From Selaginella moellendorffii (lineage: Eukaryota; Plantae; Lycopodiophyta): a DNA stretch of 28,012 bases. Position 1 is the first letter of the stretch. Every line of letters begins with the position of its first letter. The stretch is taken from contig NW_003314385.1 of NCBI RefSeq assembly GCF_000143415.4, positions 1-28,012 on the forward strand, written 5' to 3'. The position numbers were made by a program, and so were the translations under genes. The notes under the pieces are model-generated. The model was given only the letters and a program-made list of their open reading frames with translations. It searched no databases and was not told the DNA's origin. Of the stretch, positions 22,768 to 28,012 are shown one piece after another.

Positions 22768-23403
22768 CAGCCTAAGAATGATGTAATTGACCGGAATTTT
22801 AACTCCTTTGATATTGGTAACAACATTGCGGATGATGCCTTGAGGTCTCACTGAACGATGATCTGCCATTCGAACATTGAATGGGGCAGGTTCTAGTGGG
22901 CCTAAGCCAAGCATATTGGCTGTTCGCTCTTCCATGATGTTCACGCCCGAGCCACCATCAAGCATAACACCTTTGATGGGGTGGCGTCCAATGTATAGAT
23001 CAATACATGGAACATTGTTGTCACAGTCGCCTGGTTGAGCCTCAGCATGAAAGACATCAATGCTGGGTTCCACATGAATGATATCCTCAGGTCGGATAAG
23101 AGGCTCTGGAGCTGCGCTTTTAGGCTCTGGAACTACGCTTTTAGGCTCTGGAACCTTACGTTCAGGTTCGGGAGCTGCGCTCTTAGGCTCTGGAGTTGCT
23201 GCCTGAGTAATCAGATGCTGAAGCTTATCGCCTAAGTAAGGGGCAAGCTGAAGCAACTGAGCAAGCATAATCTGAAGATTCTGATTGAGAATTGTGCTTG
23301 CTATCTCTTGGCTAGCAACAGCCTGGCTAGTATCAGCGTCACCTAAAATTGCCTCTGCCATCGGACTAGGTATTGCCTCTGCCATCGGACTAGGTATTGC
23401 CTC
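22768..23403 (-). mobile_element. Ty3/gypsy gag-pol linker and aspartic protease fragment
   Basis: PIKGVMLDGGSGVNIM...FNVRMAD...PQGII.NV...I.G retropepsin pattern within ORF 22564-23451(-), preceded by 21-bp (PEPKSAA) and 24-bp (AIPSPMAE) repeats. Confidence 0.88.
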
Positions 23404-24544
23404 CACGTTTGTGTGCGTGCATGTATCGGCGTCTAAGGCGTTGACACTCATGATCCCACCACCCTGCAGCGACAGGCAACCGCATGGCTGTTCTTGGTCG
23501 ACGGTGTTTGAAGATCTTTAGCGCTTCCTCCTTGATTAGTTTCAGCAGCAGGGCAGCGTGGTGTTCTAGCGGTATATGACAGGATTCATCCTCCCAACGT
23601 GTCTGGAGATCCGTTTGGAAGCGGAGAAGGAGGGGCTGACTCATCGAGTAAGAAAGAGGGCCGACCTCGGCAAGGGAGTTTAGTGAGCGCGTCAAGGTAA
23701 CGAAGTTGACTACCACTTCGATGGGCCGGTGGTCGGACTTTGGGTTGAAGTCGTGGAAGAGCAGCTCACGGACTACCTGTGTGTTTTTGGCCGGGACAAG
23801 CACGTAGTCGATGATAGTCTTGCCCCGGTCTGGTCTGTCCGGGTCATCGTCTGTTAGCATCCAGGACTCATAGGTGTGTGCTGAGCTATGTGGGAATCTT
23901 TTGGTGCCGTTCAACACTATGAGATCTGCTGCAGATGCAAAGTCCAGGAAGCCCGGTCCTGTATCCGGTTGGAACGTGTCTCGTGCCCGGTCTCGGAGCC
24001 AGCATAGCGAGCGGGGGATGACTTCATCCATCGTTTCCTGGGGCAAACTCTCTGATTGCCTTCGTCCGATGCGAGAGTTGAAGTCTCCAACGATGAGAAC
24101 TACTGCATTTTGACTCCATCGTTGGATTTCTTCGCCGATGGAGTCAAAGGGCTGCTCCTTTTGGCGTACGATGGTTGGCGGGAAGTAGGCCACTACAAGC
24201 AGGAGGTCACGTTGTCGGGGACTGCGAAACCTGATAGCCAGCCAATGGTTGTGTTCTCCCACTTTTTCTAGTGTGACATTCTGGGCAATCTCACGCTTAA
24301 CATAGATGGCGATCCCTCCTTTGCCGAAGGAGTGGTGTTCTGCAATCCAGTTCCAGCAGGAGTGAAGCTGAAAGGCTGGGAATTCAGGTAGTCTGGCCCT
24401 TTGGTGTTCCTTTGTCTCGACGAGGCAAAGCGCATCGCAGGTGCCGAACTCGGAGAGCCCAATTCCATCATTCCAGGGGTATCCGCAGATATTCCAGAAG
24501 AGAATGCGGAGTCGGTCACGAGCTAATGGCCTGGGGGGGCGCAT
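23404..24544 (-). mobile_element. LINE ORF2 N-terminus: AP-type endonuclease, truncated before the RT
   Basis: APE motifs WN..G, CLVETK, GGIAIYV, AYFPP, GDFNSR, TY, IDYVLV and SDHRPI, then WWDHEC. Joins gypsy sequence at ~23403. Confidence 0.93.
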
Positions 24545-24787
24545 GGGGCTGGTGATCCCAGCAGCTTAGGTTTGCCTACCTTGCATTCTTCGATTAGGGT
24601 GGGTTCAGCAAGTCGCTCATACTGCATAATCCTGAGTTTAGTACGTTAGTCATCTTTGTGATCTATATCAGCGGTATATTCCTGTGGATAGCTAATTACC
24701 AACAGTTAAAAGCCGGCTGTTAAGTCTAGCATTATCCTTAATATATTAACGGTTTGCCTTGCAAAATCCGTTTAGGGGCCGGTCAAC

Positions 24788-26542
24788 TTAGTCTTCGTTC
24801 GCTGAGGGCGGGAAGTCTCTGTTGGGGAGGACAATCTGCAGTGATTGTGTGTGCTGCGATCCGAATGCCTCGCCCCATGGGTGTCGGTAAGTGGTACGTG
24901 GGGTGTTGTGAGGCTTCTGCGGATTGTCTGCGGCCATGCCTTTGTTGAGGAAGTCCAGGTTTAGGCGCAGGGCGTCATACCGACTTGGGGCCAATGATTT
25001 GGGAGGTGCCATGGCAGGGGGAGACTCAGCAAGGCGGGTTGTGTGCGGCAGTTGGCTCAGCTCAGGGTCACTGTCCTTGCTTGAGTCTTCCGTAGACGGG
25101 TAGTCTGGGTCGTCTCTGTCCCTACCTTGCAGAGAGGCCTCCTTAGCATGGCTTTGATGTTTTCTCCGGCGTCTGCTAGCTTCATCTTTTGTCCACTGTT
25201 TGAAGCAGGTCTGGAGGTACTGGGCGAGTTCAGCCTGCTGGGGGTGGGTATTTTCCTTGTTGTCCATGGGGATGGTCGCATGCTCACTTTGTCGATGCAA
25301 GCCGGGGGGTTGTCGGGTGCTGTCATGGCCCAAGAAGCGCCAGCCAGATACAAAATCAGGCGTGAGGTCTCCCCAGGTGGTTGGGATGTTGAGGTAGTGG
25401 AGGCGGACTTTGTGACCTTGTGGATCATGCAGATGGGTCGGGAGCGCAGTGGCGATTGAGATCTCTACTGTAAATCGGTCTTCCTCCTTATTGAAGTCCA
25501 CTAGCTCACCAAGGGGTGCAAAGAAACGGAGCAGGTCTGTCCCTGGTGTAGGTTGTCCGGGGTCAAGGCGGATATGTAGCGGAAAGCAGCGTCCCAGAGG
25601 TCCTGACTCCGGTTCCCATTGCTGGACATATGCGTAGCTCCCTTGGTATGAGAACACGCCCTCGCCTAGGACGCGTCGCATCTCCCGGAATTTGAGGAAG
25701 TTGACGGTAAAGAGATGACGACGGGGGCCCGGTTGGACTTGGAAGTGGACGCAGCCGTAGGTGGTATGAAGATGTTCTGTGAACCACCGGATGACGTCTT
25801 GTTTGTCTAGGATCGGATCATCGAGCGCAAGGAGGAGTGTGTGGATCTTGTGGTCGGATCGGGCATCAAGGTGGCCATATTGGGGTCGTGACTCTTTCAC
25901 GGGCAGCTCCTGGGCAGTACTTGGCTTGATATTCTCCCCTGTTGTCTTGGGCGGCAGCTCTGTAGCCTGCGGAGTCTCCACGGCCTTGGTAACAGGTTTC
26001 TCCTGTGTGAGCTCTGCCGTCTTCACTGCCCGCTGTGGACCCTGGGCCTTCTTGGTGCCCTTGGTATGCCCTCGCTTCCCTGTTCGTCGAGCAGGGGAGT
26101 GAGATTGATGCATGTGCTCTCGTTTCCGACGGTTTGTTCGGAAGTGGTCACGACCGCGTGAGGTACGCCCACGATCTGGCGAGGAAGGTCTGCGTGGCCC
26201 CTGCTGATCATACCGGTTCTGGGCAGACCCACGATAGTCGATATCCCGGTCGCGGTACTCTCTCCTGTCTCGTGGTGAGTGGCGGTCATGATATCTGGGA
26301 TGACTTCCGGAATCATGGGGGAGGGGTGAGTAGTAATCCGGTGATGGCGCAGCCTGCGGGGGAGGGGCTTGGTGGATAACGTAAACGGGGGCTGGATTGA
26401 CAGGGGCTGGAGTCCCTTGGCAATTTGGTAAGTCGTAAAGCCTGAGTACCAGACTGCCATCATATTCAACACGATATCCATCCGTGTAACCAGCAAGAAG
26501 GTTGACACAAGAGGTACCGATGCCGCTAATCAGGTTGCACAA
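24788..26542 (-). CDS. Probable LINE ORF1 (RRM/DUF4283-like RNA-binding protein with Arg/Pro-rich N-terminus); true start uncertain
   Basis: Long ORF directly upstream of, and co-oriented with, the endonuclease ORF. HLFTVNF.....RRVLGEGVFSYQGSYAYVQQWEP resembles the plant L1 ORF1 'F.F.....rvl..gPw.......l..W.P' pattern. The listed start is TTG, not ATG. Confidence 0.7.
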   Translation of the reverse strand: MCNLISGIGTSCVNLLAGYTDGYRVEYDGSLVLRLYDLPNCQGTPAPVNPAPVYVIHQAPPPQAAPSPDYYSPLPHDSGSHPRYHDRHSPRDRREYRDRDIDYRGSAQNRYDQQGPRRPSSPDRGRTSRGRDHFRTNRRKREHMHQSHSPARRTGKRGHTKGTKKAQGPQRAVKTAELTQEKPVTKAVETPQATELPPKTTGENIKPSTAQELPVKESRPQYGHLDARSDHKIHTLLLALDDPILDKQDVIRWFTEHLHTTYGCVHFQVQPGPRRHLFTVNFLKFREMRRVLGEGVFSYQGSYAYVQQWEPESGPLGRCFPLHIRLDPGQPTPGTDLLRFFAPLGELVDFNKEEDRFTVEISIATALPTHLHDPQGHKVRLHYLNIPTTWGDLTPDFVSGWRFLGHDSTRQPPGLHRQSEHATIPMDNKENTHPQQAELAQYLQTCFKQWTKDEASRRRRKHQSHAKEASLQGRDRDDPDYPSTEDSSKDSDPELSQLPHTTRLAESPPAMAPPKSLAPSRYDALRLNLDFLNKGMAADNPQKPHNTPRTTYRHPWGEAFGSQHTQSLQIVLPNRDFPPSANED

Positions 26543-28012
26543 TTACCACCTCGGTATTGAAGAAAAGCGCTGGAGGCATCCACCTTGGTTGAGAATTGAA
26601 AGACCAGAAAACACAGTAGCAGCATGAGGCTCCTGCCATATTGAACCTGTTGAATTAAAATGTTATTCAATGAATCAGAAGCTATATATGTAGAGTGCAT
26701 AGCAAATTACCTTGCTTGCTTGATATTTGTTGTGAGTCTGCAGATATCATTTTATACCTCGAGAAGTAAAGTTACTCACGTTTCTTAGAAATTGCTTTCA
26801 ATCTCAAATTACAATTTGAACACTACTTCTAATAGACCAACTTCTTGTTGACCCAAAATGATATATCACATCCCTGCATTGAAATCCTTGCAGAATGGAG
26901 CTGGCTGTTTTCAAACACAATTGTTGAATAAAAATCATTCGTCAAAAATCTTTTGCTGTTTAGGGCCTCACATGTTGCATTTGGGGCAAAGTTTGCAGTC
27001 AAACCAAAAGTTCTCAAAGCCCAAACAATGACGGAGGGGTGATGAACGAGCTGTTCCCTCACTTACGACCTCCAGATAATGTTTTTGATACTAAGAACAC
27101 CAAGGCAGGGACTGGCGTCGGTGACTGTTCCGATCAGTGCTAGACAGTGGCTGCTTCAGGCGATCCGGCTAAAAGACGATGAAATCCGCAAAAAGTTTGC
27201 GCATGTTTTTAAATTTTTTTTTTCTCATCTGAAGGCGTGAATATGGAATCAAATCCTCAGTGCTGAGCCACTCAAGAATGCGGACGAGAACACTATCCCT
27301 CGAGTTCGGATGATCTGAGCAACAGAGCAGAATGCGTTAATCCCGAGTCAAATAGTGCTGCTTCGAGATTACAACCTGAAGCTCCTTGTCCAAGGAAATT
27401 TCTGCAGTCAAGTGAAAGATGCAGCAACACCAGATGAGAGAGTGTTTATTCCCATGGAGGACTTTGTCCAAGTACGCATTGTCAATGAGCTGCAGTAACA
27501 ATTTGATGTATGTGCCGTAACTCTTAGGCAAACCAAAGTGCAATTGTGCAAGTTCACATACGATGCGATAGGGTTAACTAAGTTTAGCATCAAAAATCCT
27601 ATAAATCTTTAGTTTATTTTGAGTTCCCTAAATTCATAATAAGTCCAACCTAAACATTATAATCTTATGAAGAGACCGGTCTTAATCAGGATTAATACCA
27701 GCCTAACACATCAGCAAATGCCTTCCAGGCTGTCGGGAGTCTGTTAGCTGGCATGCCGATATGGCCTGGAAGACATTTATTGACGTATTAAGAGTCTGTT
27801 GATGTGTTGGGAATTCAGGGAGTCTGTTGGGAATTCAGTTGATGCCGGAGCAAACTCAGGTGCAAGAGAAATCCTCGTGACAATAGTTCTAATGATTCTG
27901 CAGACCGAGTCGGAGAATACAATGCTGATCTTGGAGATGGTGACAGTCATCGAGTCGGTGTTTTTAGTATGAAGAACAACATATTGTGAATTTAAATCTC
28001 GGTGATCTGGGG

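Noticed and set aside
22564-23451. 295-aa ORF as a single gene
   Set aside because: It is chimeric: it starts in LINE sequence, crosses the gypsy protease and ends in an LTR-like segment.
26543-28012. Short minus-strand ORFs and splice-like signals suggesting a host gene or spliced LINE leader
   Set aside because: I could not build a consistent exon chain or recognise any protein family, so it is left unannotated.

Overview
This is the left end of a plant nuclear chromosome. The 5.8S motif GAATTGCAGAATTC, the divergent rDNA and the 52-67 nt introns point to a non-seed land plant, possibly a lycophyte such as Selaginella (inference, not a database result). From the end inward: (CCCTAAA)n telomere (1-1246); an L1-type LINE reverse transcriptase fragment capped by outward-facing telomere repeats on both sides; one circularly permuted, doubly truncated 45S rDNA unit (26S 3' part, 8.2-kb IGS/ETS with a linked 5S gene, 18S, ITS1, 5.8S, ITS2, 26S 5' part) read away from the telomere; a palindromic GAGGGCCTC array; a long multi-exon pseudogene; a hairpin; and nested Ty3/gypsy and LINE remnants. 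Three things stand out. (1) A 1150-bp TG...CA solo-LTR-like insertion in the IGS has a perfect 5-bp TSD and carries an inverted 71/76-identical copy of the unit's putative Pol I promoter/start site. (2) A 57-nt piece of the 5S gene (Pol III internal control region; helix IV/V with loop E) is embedded in ITS1. (3) The LINE fragment with telomere repeats on both sides is fused to broken 26S. Most short ORFs in the supplied track are shadows of rRNA or GC-rich repeats.
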